From: Octopus sinensis
Lineage: Eukaryota
Direction: 5' to 3'
DNA length: 64,000 nucleotides
NCBI RefSeq assembly: GCF_006345805.1
Contig: NC_042997.1
Span: 101,990,001-102,054,000 of the forward strand
Every line of letters starts with the position of its first letter. Position 1 is the stretch's first letter. This document shows, piece by piece, positions 1-13,452 of the stretch. The position numbers and the translations under genes are program-made. The notes under the pieces are model-generated. The model did no database searches, was not told where the DNA came from, and saw only the letters and a program-made list of their open reading frames with translations.

Positions 1-1020
1 ACCATCATTAAGAAGAAGAGAAAATGCAGATAATCCTTGGAAGTAAGAAAATTTAATGACATCCTGAAAAAGACAAGTAAACATTACTAATACCAAAGTT
101 CTGTTAAACAATGGATCTGCACTTGTCACAGATATGTTTGGTGTTGAATTTAAGGAAGTAAAAACATAAGTAATAGAGCCAAGGTGGAAAAGGTAACTGA
201 AGGACAAGTAAAAGATCTTAAAAAAAAAAGGATCAGAGGCATCTTTCTCAATTTCTGAAAAGAGTATCAAAAAGGCTTATAGGAAATTACCTAGAGGGTA
301 GATTAAAAGAATACAAAGAATGAAAACAAAAGAATATAAATAAATTAATTTCAACAATAGACAAAGCAGTGTAAATGAAACAGAATGAAGGCTTTGTTAT
401 CATAAATGCTTAACCAGTATTATTTTGATTTATCCTTATCTGGCTCATTGTTTTTTTATTGTTTTTCTGTCCAGTTTAGATGCTGATAGAGTAACATGAA
501 GGCAACATGAGTGGGGTCAAAAATGAACTGAAATCTGTAAGTAATGCACATTGAGGTGTATCCATGATACAGTGTTGATATACTGTTTATGCTGACAGAG
601 GTGGGATACAGAAGGCTACTTCATACAGCACTTTCCACTTATAAATTTAATAAAATACACTAGAAAAGGGAAGAGAACTTTATATGTGCAACTGATATAA
701 AATATGTTGAAACAGAAAAGGGATTACAAATAAAAGAAAAGGGAGAGGTTGTCTCAATGAAAAGAAAATGTGTGGCATGTACAGTTTTACCTGACAAACT
801 GGAGATCTAAAGAGAGAGTAACAGTGGGGTTGTCTAAAAGTCAAAAGATTAAAGAGGGGAAACTGATAGCCTGATCATGGTTGTACAAGAACAATGATTT
901 GAATAAACTTGTTAAATACTTAGTTATATTGAGTAATAATATAGGAAAGTGTTAACTGAGACTATTCTTGTATTGCAGACATGCAACCAATACAAGAGGT
1001 ATTTACAAGACCAAATTATT
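1..1020 (+). mobile_element. highly decayed R4/Dong-like (REL-type) non-LTR retrotransposon remnant
   Basis: Broken frames give KKAY.. (RT) and KRETDSLIMVVQEQ..(LTETI), resembling the KRETESLIIAAQEQA motif of these elements; many stops. Confidence 0.45.
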
Positions 1021-1189
1021 TGGATGAAGCAGGAACCTCTTGACATCAGGGAAAAAGATCATCAACACAAATGTGAAGCTTCATCTATTAGGTTGGCAAC
1101 TAAGTTCCTGCCATTTTACAAAATTTTTGAAATTATTGTGTTTTTAAATTTTGGAATCTATATTTTTTTCAAGAATTCTATTTTTGAAT

Positions 1190-2225
1190 CATTTTGGAAT
1201 CTATTTTGTTTCTTTTCTAGTTAATTTTAGTTAGTTTTTGTTTATTTTCAGATCATTAAAATGGAATGTCAAGTTAGGAAAAACGAGTATTTCCGACTCC
1301 TCCTTCTTTTTGCTTTTAGTGAAGGTTCTAAGGCCGCAAGAATTGCTTGTGATTGGTATGCCAAGTTCAAAAAATGGAAATTTTGACCTCAAAGACGCAC
1401 CTCATTCTGGTTGTCCAGTTGAGTTTGATGAAGAATGATTAAACCACCTTTTGCACGAAAATTCTCGTCAAACTGCTTTGGAGAAGCATCTTCACTCGAT
1501 GGGAAAGGTTCAGAAGTATGGAGCATGGGTTGTGCATGCTTTAAGTGACAACAACAAAAATCAACGAGCTACAATCTCTGCTAGTTTGCTTGCTTGTCAT
1601 TGCTCAACTCATGGACACAAGCAACGATTTCTTTACTGAATCATTACTGGTGATGAAAGATGGTGCCTGTACATCAATATGAAGCAGTGTAAGGAATGGC
1701 TTAGCCCTGGTAAACAAGTGACACTGCACATGAAACAAGTTCTTCATCCACGTAAAATGATGTGTGTATGGTGGGACTGGGAAGGGATTATCCATTACAA
1801 ATTGCTTGAATGGAACGAAACGGTCAATGTGGAACTCAAAAGATGGAACGACTCAACACGACTATTCAAGAGAAATACCTAATCGGCAGCATGGAGTTCT
1901 TCTGCTGCATGAGAACGCCCGCCTTCATATCGCCAATATGACCAAGGAAGACATTCAAATGCATGGCTGGGAAGTGCTGCCACACCCACCATACTCTCCT
2001 GATTTGGTACCAATGGATTTCCACCTCTTTTGATCTCTTTCAAATGCTATGTGCGGAGTTTTGTTCAATACCGATACAGAATTGAGAGCTTGGTTGGATT
2101 AATTTTCCGAGTTAAAATCAGATGATATCTACCAATGAGGTATTGAAAATCTTGTTGAACATTGGGAAGAAGTTGTAAACAACAAGGGTGAAAACATTAT
2201 TGATTAATTAGTTGTTAATTTTTAT
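1190..2225 (+). mobile_element. mariner (DD34D) transposon, transposase pseudogene
   Basis: Frameshifted pieces: ..FKNGNFDLKDAPHSGCPVEFDEE, KVQKYGAWVVHAL, ITGDE, CVWWDWEGII, LLHENARLH, LPHPPYSPDLVPMDFHLF. Confidence 0.9.
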
Positions 2226-2234
2226 TAAACTGCA

Positions 2235-2640
2235 ATCTATGACCGTGAGATTTGAAAAAGCAGAGTAAAGATGGATAGAAAACTAAATACATTCCATCAA
2301 AGGTACCTCAGAAAGATCCTGAAGGTAAACTGGTGAGACCATGTCACAAATGAGGAGATTCTAGGAAGAACAAGGTCATGATCACTGCAAGAGATTGTAG
2401 CAGAGCAACAATTTAATCTAGCCGATCAATGGCACTCAGAAACAGCTATGACTTAGATATCACCTGACAGCAGGCAAAAAGGGGTAGGCAGAAGGTCACT
2501 TGGATGCAGACATTTCGAGATGACCTGAAGACAGTCAACATTATGTAGAATGTGGGTGCAAGAGCAACAGCTGACTGAACCTAGTGAAGGACGTTTGCCC
2601 CCCACGTCAATGCACTGAGCAATGCAGGAGGACCTAAAGC
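2235..2640 (+). mobile_element. decayed RTE/BovB-like LINE 3' fragment
   Basis: Translation KMDRKLNTFHQRYLRKILKVNW*DHVTNEEILGRT is typical of the post-RT region of RTE elements. Confidence 0.6.
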
Positions 2641-2717
2641 TAAACTATAAGAAAGATCATAATCTGTACAAAGGGTGTGAAAAAAAGATACAAGAATCAC
2701 TAACTATAGAAGATGTA

Positions 2718-2960
2718 GAGGTACATGGCTTAGTGATTAGGATGTTGGACTCATGATCACAAGATTGTGGTTTCAATTCCTGGACAGGTTGATGTGTTGT
2801 GTTCTTGAACAAAATACTACATTTCACGTTGTTCCAGTTCACTCAGCTGGCAAAAATGAGTTATCCTGCAATGGACCAGTGTCCCATCCAGGTGGGGAGT
2901 ATATATGCCATGAAACCGGGAAACCAGCCCTTATGAATCAGTCTGACTTGAGAAGGTAAA
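2718..2960 (+). mobile_element. tRNA-derived SINE (family A)
   Basis: A-box-like TGGCTTAGTGA and B-box-like GTTTCAATTCC. Related copies at ~19700-19950 (+), ~45460-45570 (-), ~46800-47030 (-), ~49680-49930 (-), ~55540-55810 (+). Confidence 0.7.
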
Positions 2961-5900
2961 TTTACTTTCAATATAGAAGATGGATACACTGAAGTGCATA
3001 AGTGGAAGTACACACAGCTGAATGGGATTCCATGTTGGTTGTAGGTAATTCAAAACATGCTCACATTTCACTATCCTGAATTAAAGACAAACATTCTCTC
3101 TTCCACTATAAACATTCCTATGTTCTTCTTCATTTTATCTCTCTCATATAGGCCTTAATAGAAAAATATCACTCTATAGAAACTTAGCATATGACTTAGC
3201 TATTTAAAGCTTTTAGACTTATTAGAATTATATGAATTGTTAGAATTAAATACATATATATATTGTCTCAGTAAGGTAATTAACAAATATGGTGAGATGT
3301 ATTATATATAAATGAATAATATTAAATGATGCAAAATAAAACAAAAAAACAAACAAACAAAAAACAAAAACAAAACAACCCTCATTATCTTTCATATCAA
3401 AGCTACTATTAATATTTAATGAAAAATCTGATGACACACATTTTCCCTTTCATACATTGTTATACTCTGAATTATCAAAACCTAAATGTTATATTTCATT
3501 AATATTTCAAATGTTACTTTCTTTCTTTTTTTCACTTATCTAAAAGTGAATAGAGAAAAAAATTATAGTTATTCAATAGGTAAATCTGTTAACACAGTAA
3601 TGATAGTGTGAAGTAAAATCTATTAGTAAACAGAAAATAATTTTCAAATAGTGGAATATTAGATAAGAGATATTTGATATTTTAATATCTAAAATATTTC
3701 TCAAAGATAAATCTATCAACTACAATATGGAGGTGATGGTGTTGTTGATTGTATTAATTGTGATGGTAATTAATGATAATTACGACAATAATAGTAATGT
3801 CATAGTGACTTATGATGATGAATAAAGAGTACATGTGATAAATGTCTGTTGATTCATTAGCTGCCTATAGTTACGTCCATTGACTTAACAGCCTCATGTT
3901 AAATGACTTGGTCATGGATATTGTGCCTGATCACTGGCTGTAATATGAACCTGCGATCTGTTGGCTTGTTGACCTCTCTACTATCATAAGTGATAGGATA
4001 TTAGGTTGTAGTTCTTCAGTCAATAGGTAAGCTGCCTGTCCATCCATCATCATCACTGTTGCCATCACCATCGTCACCACCAAACCCCCCACCCCTGCCA
4101 CCACCATAACCATCATCATAATTTAAAGTCTGTGTTCCATGCTGGCATGGGCTGAATGGCTCAACAGGATTTGACTAGCCTGAGGACTATGTTGGTCTTC
4201 AGTGTTAGCTTTGGTAAGGTTTCTATGATTGGATGCCCTTCTTAATGCCAACCACTTTACAGAATGTACTGGGTGCTTTTTTTATGGCATGCAGCATTTC
4301 TACTGTATATATATACATATATTAATTGAAGTGTACAGTATTATATATCCATTATGGCCAATCTTACCAATTGGTTGCACACTAGGGGTTCAACGGAGTG
4401 TTAGGTCTGATTATGTGTTAAGTCTGATTATGCAACCCTGTGCTCTTCAGAGATGGCAATAATGGAATGAAATATGGTGACTGTTCTCTATTATTGGAGG
4501 CAAACAGATACAGGCTGGTTTGTGGTGAAAAAGATGAAACAAGCTAAGCAAAGGTTAAGTACCAAAAACACCATCTTTGTGAGTGTTGCAAGTCAGCAAG
4601 AGTTTTCTGGAAAAGAATTTATGGGAAATGTGTGCATCTTGAAAGCTGGTGCTCTTGAAGGAATGGAATGTATGTAGTGGCACTATACATATAGCATTTG
4701 TAGGGGGCTGTGTTCATTAGCGTGTTTTCTTTATTTTATGTTTTGGTTAGATTCTTGGGGTATTTATATATGCATGCAGTAGTATAGGGGTACAATATCA
4801 GTGGTGGTTTATACTGGGGGTGGCGAAGGCCCTTTCAGAACCCACTATAACAACCACAAGTCTTCCTTGTAATGCCACAATCCTAGCCAAGTATATATGG
4901 TTGTAGAAAGAAAATGCCACTGAGTACAGCATAAAATGGAGGATTCTAGAGAAATGTAATGCATTCTTCAATAACAGCAGGAAGTGCAGATTATGCCTGG
5001 CTGAGAAAAGTGCAATATTAAAGAGCTCTCAGCTCCCAGGCCTCTACCTGAACAGCAGAAGCAAAATTTTTAATCCTTTCCCACATGAAAGCAAGTACAT
5101 CCTATCATACCTGTGTTCCCCATCATTACTATAATCACCAGTACTTCAGCTTTGGCTCTCCCACTACCAGTACCTGAGAATCTGGCAAAGAATTTGACCA
5201 GAACATACACAAACTCACTCACAAACATATACACCCTAACACAGCAGACATCCACCCCATTGACCAGTTTCCACCATGTATTCATATATAATATGTATTT
5301 ATACATAATACACATCACTATTTATAGACAATGAAATGCAGTAAAAATATACTTTGTGTATAATATACACTGACTTTTCTTTCAGGTGACCTTTGAGGAA
5401 ATAACGTAATTAAAAGTGAAACCTGTAAGGAACTAGAAAAATTTAAACTAACAGCTCATCTTTCCTGAATGATTAAAATGAAGTAAATGCTTCAAAATAA
5501 GTGGATCATGCACAACCTTCTGATGTTTTTTTCTTCTTCACTTTTTGTTCAAAATTCAGAGTTTTGTTCAGATTTCAAAGCTTTAATCCTTGGAGATTGT
5601 GTCAGATGTTATTACATTTTTAAATATATTTTTGGCTGCTTTGATCTTGCTTAATTCTTATCACTGGACAAACATATATCCATTCATAGATTTCTCTTTT
5701 AAAAACCTTATATCATACTTCTATAAAAAAAAATTATAGATGCTAACCCTACAAGTGCACCTGTTGTATAAAATCAACACATGATTATGTTTTTCTAAAA
5801 GAAAACAAGAAAAAAATCAACTTTATTTCAATAAATGACATTGTATATATTCAGTTTTACTATGAGTTGTTGTGTGTGAACAGATGTTTAAGTGAGTACT

Positions 5901-6102
5901 TTTTAAAACCTCTTAAAATTTCCATTATACATTTTTTAACAAAATGATCTTTTGAATTTTATATTTTGAACATAAGATATTTATGATTTGGTGATTTTAT
6001 TTTATAATTTAAATAAAGAAAGTAAACATTTACTTGTTGATTCGCTAGCTTCTGCACGCATTTTTTTTCTCTCCTTCTTTCTGTGTTTTTTTTCTCTGTG
6101 TA

Positions 6103-6140
6103 TCTTTCTGTTGAAGAGCGTAGGCTCGAAACGTTAAAGA
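6103..6140 (+). ncRNA. minimal hammerhead-like motif with variant core
   Basis: UCUUU [CUGUUGAA] GAGC-GUAG-GCUC GAA ACGU U AAAGA: stem I 5 bp, stem II 4 bp with tetraloop, palindromic ACGU in place of stem III. Core deviates from CUGANGA (A6 to U plus one extra A). Confidence 0.4.
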
Positions 6141-6238
6141 CTTGTTTCATTTATATTTCCTGAGCACCATACTAATACAATTGTTTGTTTGTATTCCACC
6201 TGCCTTCGTCTTTTGTCTATTTTCATAAAGCTTCCCGT

Positions 6239-6243
6239 TATAT

Positions 6244-6297
<54 letters not shown>

Positions 6298-6352
6298 TAT
6301 ATATTACATATATATATATATACTATATATATATACATATGTATAATATATA

Positions 6353-6427
<75 letters not shown>

Positions 6428-6449
6428 TATATATATTATATATATATAT

Positions 6450-6484
<35 letters not shown>

Positions 6485-6519
6485 TAATATATATATATAT
6501 ATATATATATACATATGTA

Positions 6520-6567
<48 letters not shown>

Positions 6568-6623
6568 CATATATATATATATACATATGTATATATATAT
6601 ATATAATATATATATACATATAT
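6239..6623. repeat. long imperfect (TA)n microsatellite
   Basis: Seen directly; abuts the (CAT)n tail of the RTE element. Confidence 0.97.
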
Positions 6624-9600
6624 CATCATCATCATCATCATCATCATTTAACGTCCGCTTTCCATGCTAGCATGGGTTGGACGGTTCAACTGGGGTCTGG
6701 GGAGCCCGAAAGCTGCACCAGTCCAGTCAGATCTGGCAGTGTTTCTACAGCTGGATGCCCTTCCTAACGCCAACCACTCCGAGAGTGTAGTGGGTGATTT
6801 TATGTGCCACCGACACAGGTGCCAGACGAGGCTGACAAACGGCCACGCTCGGATGGTGTTTTTATGTGCCACCGACACAGGTGCCAGACGAGGCTGGCAG
6901 ACGGCCACGCTCGGATGGTGTTTTTATGTGCCACCGACACAGGTGCCAGACGAGGCTGGCAGACGGCCACGCTCGGATGGTGTTTTTATGTGCCACCGAC
7001 ACAGGTGCCAGACGAGGCTGGCAGACGGCCACGCTCGGATGGTGTTTTTATGTGCCACCGACACAGGTGCCAGATGAGGCTGGCAAACGGCCACGATCGG
7101 ATGGTGCTTGTTACGTGCCCACAGCACGGAGGCCAGTCGATGCGGTACTGGCTACGGCCACGTTCGGATGGTTTTCTTATGTGCCACGTGCCACCGGCAC
7201 TGGTACCACAAAGATACAAATTCCATTGATGTTCATCTATTTTGATTTGTTTTGATTTGATTTGATTTTCACTTGCCTCAACAGGTCTTCACAAGTGTCA
7301 CAAGAAGGAAGGTATGCACAGGTGGACTGACTACGTCCCAGGTAGGGGCCATGGGTTATGGCCTGACTAGTCTTGCCGGTCTTCGGATGGTGTTTTTATG
7401 TGCCACCGACACAGGTGCTAGATGAGGCTGGCGAACGGCCACGATCGGATGGTGTTTGTCATGTGCCCACCGCACTGACTACGGCACTGATGGATTTCTT
7501 GTGTGCCACAGGCACTGGTACCACAAGATACAAATTCCATTGATGTTCATCTATTTTGTCTATTTTGATTTGATTTGATTTGATTTTCACTTGCCTCAAC
7601 CGGTCTTCACAAGTGTCACAAGAAGGAAGGAAGGTATGCACAGGTGGACTGACTAGTCTTGCCGGGTCTTCGGAAGGTGTTTTTATGTGCCACCGACACA
7701 GGTGCCAGATGAGGCTGGCGAATGGCCATGATCGGATGGTGTTTGTTACGTGCCCACAGCACGGAGGCCGGTCGATGCGGAACTGGCTACGGCCACGTTC
7801 GGATGGTTCTCATGTGTGCCACCGGCACTGGTACCACAAAGTGTGTGCCACCGGCACTGGTACCACAAAGATACAGATTCCATTGATGTTCATCTATTTT
7901 GATTTGTTTTGATTTGATTTTCACTTGCCTCAACAGGTCTTCACAAGTGTCACAAGAAGGAAGGTATGCACAGGTGGACTGACTACGTCCCAGGTAGGGG
8001 CCATGGGTTATGGCCTGACTAGTCTTGCCGGGTCTTCGGATGGTGTTTTTATGTGCCACCGACACAGGTGCTAGATGAGGCTGGCGAACGGCCACGATCG
8101 GATGGCCGGTGATGCGGTACTGACTACGGCCACGTTCGGATGGATTCTTGTGTGCCACCGGCACTGGTACCACAAGCGGTACTGACTACGGCCACGTTCG
8201 GATGGATTCTTGTGTGCCACCGGCACTGGTACCACAAGCGGTACTGACTACGGCCACGTTCGGATGGATTCTTGTGTGCCACTGGCACTGGTACCACAAG
8301 GATACAAATTCCATTGATGTTCATCTATTTTGATTTGTTTTGATTTGATTTGATTTTCACTTGCCTCAGCAGGTCTTCACAAGTCGGAAGGTATGTACAG
8401 GTGGACTGACTACGTCCCAGGTAGGGCCCACAGGTTATGACCTGACTAGTCTTGCCGGGTCTTCGGATGGTGTTTTTATGTGCCACCATGTTCCCACAGC
8501 ACGGAGGCCAGTCGATGCGGTACTGGCTACGGCCACGTTCGGATGGTTTTCTTGTGTGCCACAGGCACTGGTACCACAAAGATACAAATTCCATTGATGT
8601 TCATCTATTTTGATTGATTTTCACTTGCCTCAGCAGGTCTTCACAAGTGTCACAAGAAGGAAGGTATGCACAGGTGGATCGACTACGTCCCAGGTAGGGG
8701 CCACGGGATATGGCCTGACTAGTCCTGCCGGGTCCTCTCATGCACAGCACACTTCCATAGGACTCGGTCTTCAGTCATTTCCTTGGTGAGACCTAAAGTT
8801 CGAAGGTCGTGCTTCACCACCTCGTCCCAGGTTTTCCTGGGTCTACCTCTTCCACAGGTTCCCTCAACTGCTAGGTTGTAGCACTTTTGCACACAACTAT
8901 CTTCAGCCATTCTCGTCACATGACCATACCAGCGCAGCCGTCTCTCTTGCACACCACAACTGACACTTCTTAGGTTCAACTTTTCTCTCAAAGTACTTAC
9001 ACTCTGACGATTATGAACACTGACATTACACATCCATCGGAGCATACTGGCTTCATTTCTTGCAAGCTTACGCATATCCTCAGCTGTCACGGCCCATGTT
9101 TCACTACCATGTAGCATGGCTGTACGTACACACGCATCATATAGTCTGCCTTTTACTCTTAGCGAGAGACCTTTTGTCACCAGCAGGGGTAAGAGCTCTC
9201 TAAACTTTGCCCAGGCTATTCTTACTCTAGCAGTTACACTTTCAGCACACCCACCCCGCTACTGACTTGGTCTCCTAGGTAGCGGAAGCTATCAACTACT
9301 TCTAGTTTGTCTCCCTGGAACGTGGTAGAAGTTGGACTCTGCACATTTCCAGTGTTTATTTCTCCTGAGCATCTGCCACAGACAAAAACTATTTTCTTAG
9401 TTAGCCTTCCTTTGACATTGCTGCACCTCTTATGTGTCCATAGCTTACACTTGGTGCACCTTATAGAGTTTCTACCTACACCTTTTTTACAGATCGAGCA
9501 GGGCCATCTACCTGAAGTCGTTTGTGGTTGGTCCACCTTCCTACTTATTAGGACTTTGGTTTTGGCTAGGTTGATTCTAAGGCCCTTCGATTCTAATCCT

Positions 9601-11354
9601 TGTTTCCACACCTGAAACTTCTCCTCCAGTTCTGATAGTGACTCAGCAATTAGAGCAAGGTCATCAGCATATAGGAGCTCCCAGGGGCATCCTGTCTTAA
9701 ATTCTTCCGTTATTGCCTGGAGGACTATGATAAATAGGAGGGGGCTGAGGACTGAACCTTGGTGGACCCCAACCTCTACCCGGAATTCTTCACTGTACTC
9801 GTTGCCAACCCTCACCTTACTAGCTGCGTCTCTGTACATGGCTCGCACAGCTCTCACTAACCATTCATCTATCCCTAGTTTCCTCATTGACCACCAGATA
9901 AGGGATCGGGGGACCCTGTCAAAGGCTTTCTCTAAGTCAACAAAAGCCAGGTACAAGGGCTTACCTTTGGCTAGGTATTTCTCCTGCAGCTGTCTTACCA
10001 GGAATATAGCATCAGTAGTACTTTTCCCTGGCACGAACCCAAACTGCATATCATCTAAGCTAACTCTCTCTCTAATTAACTGGGCTATAACCCTCTCCGT
10101 AACCTTCATTACCTGATCCAACAGCTTGATGCCCCTGTAGTTATTTGTATCTAGGGCATCGCCTTTACCTTTGTAGCAGTTGACTATTATGCTGCTACAC
10201 CAGTCATTGGGTATGACTCCTTCGTGTATCACCTGGTTAACTATACGGGTGACTATGCTATAGCCGACACTACCAGATATTTTGAGCATCTCTGCAGTAA
10301 TTCCTGATGGGCCTGGGGCTTTCCCTGTCTTCATGCTTCTAATTGCCTTAGCTACCACGGAACTATCAACTCGGATAGCTGGTCCCTCTGTTGGGTCAAC
10401 ATTCGGCAGACTCTCTTTATCCCATTCATTTTCCTCATTCAGCAACCTTCATAGTGGCGTCTCCAAGCTTCTCTCTTTGCATCCTCATTTAACGCAAGTG
10501 AACCATCCTCCATGCGAACACATTTCTCTCCTACCACATCTCGATTCTCTCTCACACACTGTCTTGCAACACGAAATACCTCAAGTCTTTCATCCTCACG
10601 GCGCAGGACATTGGCAAATTTTCTTTTATCTGCTTCCCCTCTGGCTAGATAGACCTGTCTCCTAGCTTCCCTTCTGGCAGTCTGATACACTTCCCTGCTA
10701 CCACCGTTCTTCCAGGCCTTCCAAGCCTGTTTCTTTTGTCTAATAGCCCTATCAACAATATTGTTCCACCACCATGTTATTTTGGGTCTTAAGGGGACTT
10801 TGCACCAGCCACAGATCTGGTCAGCGGCTTTCAGCAGGTTGTCCCTCAGAAACGTCCAGTTGTCTTCTACCCCATGTGTAGCTATACCCCCTTCCACTTC
10901 GTCAAAGGCTTCAAGTAACATATCTCTAAATCTCTGTCCATTCGCAGGGTCTTTAAGCTTCCAGACCTTTCTTCTCCATGTTGGTCGTCTTCTAGTCGCC
11001 CTCTTAGTCCTGATCCTAAAGTCACTAACTACCAGTCTATGTTGTGGGGTGCATTCTTCGCCCGGGAAGGTTTTGGCATTTATAAGCAGCCATCTTTCCC
11101 TTTTTCTGGCGAGGATGTAGTCGATTTGGCTAGCATGCCGGCCCGATCGGTAGGTGACCAGGTGGCTTGTTGGTTTCCTGAAGTTAGTGTTGCAGATCAT
11201 AAGACTATTCGCATCGCAGAACTCCAGCAGCCTGGTTCCCTCCTCGTTGCGGGAACCATAACCGTAGCCTCCATGCACGCCATGGAAGCCCCCAGCATGT
11301 CGTCCAACATGCCCATTGAAATCACCAGCCACAAAGAGAGGTCCCTGTCGTTCG

Positions 11355-11357
<3 letters not shown>
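6624..11357 (-). mobile_element. RTE-clade LINE, 5'-truncated, near-intact ORF (APE endonuclease, RT, internal PHD finger), (ATG)n tail
   Basis: APE motifs AGDFNGHVG and SQIDYIL; RT motifs FVDLEKAFDRV, GVHQGSVLSP, LLYADD, FRYLG; C-terminal RLRWYGHV..GRGRPRKTW. ORF pieces 10439-11357, 9234-10445 and 8719-9180 join if single-base deletions near 10450 and 9250 are corrected. Confidence 0.95.
6790..8720. repeat. nested tandem repeats in the RTE 3' UTR (62-bp units plus ~300-430 bp higher-order units)
   Basis: GGATGGTG recurs at 6851, 6913, 6975, 7037 (period 62). Block GATACAAATTCCATTGATGTTCATC.. recurs near 7212, 7527, 7869, 8301, 8581. Confidence 0.95.
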
Positions 11358-11394
<37 letters not shown>

Positions 11395-11403
11395 TATATA
11401 TAT

Positions 11404-11465
<62 letters not shown>

Positions 11466-11475
11466 TACATATATA

Positions 11476-12329
11476 GACAGAGTACGGTGAATAAACTGTA
11501 GTCTAAATTACGGAAAAATAAAAGTAACACTGATATCTCATTTTAACAGATATAGTTACCAAATTTACATAAAAATATCTGGAAATATTAAGGAGTAAAT
11601 TTATTCAATAAAATCGCCATTGGCTTCAACCGCAGCCCCCAGATGACTTCAGCATCTCCTGCAACTGTTCTGGATGGTCTCCTTGTTTAAGTTGGTGAAT
11701 GCTGCCATAATCCTTGCCTTCAGTTAATCTTTGGTGTTACAAGGAGTTTTGCTAATCTCTAGCTCAACTGTGACCCACACATAATAATCAAGAGGGTTGC
11801 AGTCTGGAGAGTTAGGTGGCCAGATGTTAGGGATGATGTGGTCACAGAAATTGTCTGACAGCCATGACTGGGTTTTCCTGTTTGTGTGGTATGGTGCAGA
11901 GTCTTGTTGCTAGACATAGGGTGTTCCAGCAGCTACCCTCTTGACCCAGGGCAGCACTACCTCCTCCAGGCACTTGATGTAGGCCTCTGTGTTGAGTCTG
12001 AGGCTGTGTGGGAATATGATTGGAAGCATAACATTGCCATCACTAGTGATCACTCCAAACACCACAATCTCCTCAGATTGCAATGCCCTCAGATTGACAC
12101 CTAAACACTCTGTAATGTTCACATTGGAGCTCCTGGTACAAATACTAAGCAGTACAGCATGTTGTTTCCAAATTTCTGGCAGAGTGAATTGTATCATGGT
12201 GCTGTTTTTCTCATAGATTGTACCCAACTGATGCTACTACACTGTGTAGTTGACAAAATCAAGAGCAAACAATGCTCAAGTGCGAAATAAAAAATGTAAA
12301 ATGGCAACAATTTACCTATCAAATCCTGT
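11476..12329 (-). mobile_element. internally deleted maT-type (DD37D) Tc1/mariner element
   Basis: QQDSAP...WPPNSPDCNPLDY with exactly 37 residues between the 2nd and 3rd Asp. TA-flanked ends starting (TA)CAG. A second partial copy lies at ~18274-18750. Confidence 0.8.
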
Positions 12330-12361
12330 ATATGTATATATATATATATATAGATAATATA

Positions 12362-12396
<35 letters not shown>

Positions 12397-12425
12397 GATA
12401 GATATAGATAGATAGATAGATAATA

Positions 12426-13378
<953 letters not shown>

Positions 13379-13399
13379 ATATATATATATATTATATAT

Positions 13400-13452
<53 letters not shown>

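Noticed and set aside
2718-2790. tRNA genes at SINE heads
   Set aside because: A and B boxes are present but no complete cloverleaf; each continues into a SINE body.
6147-6767. Long YI/MYVC/HT-rich ORFs here and at ~11200-11530, 17360-17644, 20306-20712, 28526-29226, 36166-36923, 39467-39986, 44050-44532, 54816-56655, 57924-58442
   Set aside because: Translations of (TA)n, (TACA)n and (CA)n microsatellites; no coding signal.
6851-7100. 62-bp repeats as a CRISPR array
   Set aside because: Head-to-tail units with no unique spacers, inside a eukaryotic LINE UTR; no cas genes.
7410-7450. Hammerhead-like CUAGAUGAG-GCUGGC-GAAC in the RTE UTR subunit
   Set aside because: U4 and A15.1 are wrong, the motif is not kept in other copies, and the sequence folds better as a simple GCCAG/CTGGC hairpin.
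6648-8597. Cys/His/Arg-rich repetitive ORFs on both strands
   Set aside because: By-products of the GC-rich tandem array in the RTE 3' UTR.
9307-11476. Plus-strand ORFs overlapping the RTE, and minus-strand ORFs overlapping the CR1 at 25048-26340
   Set aside because: Antisense shadows of retrotransposon coding sequence.
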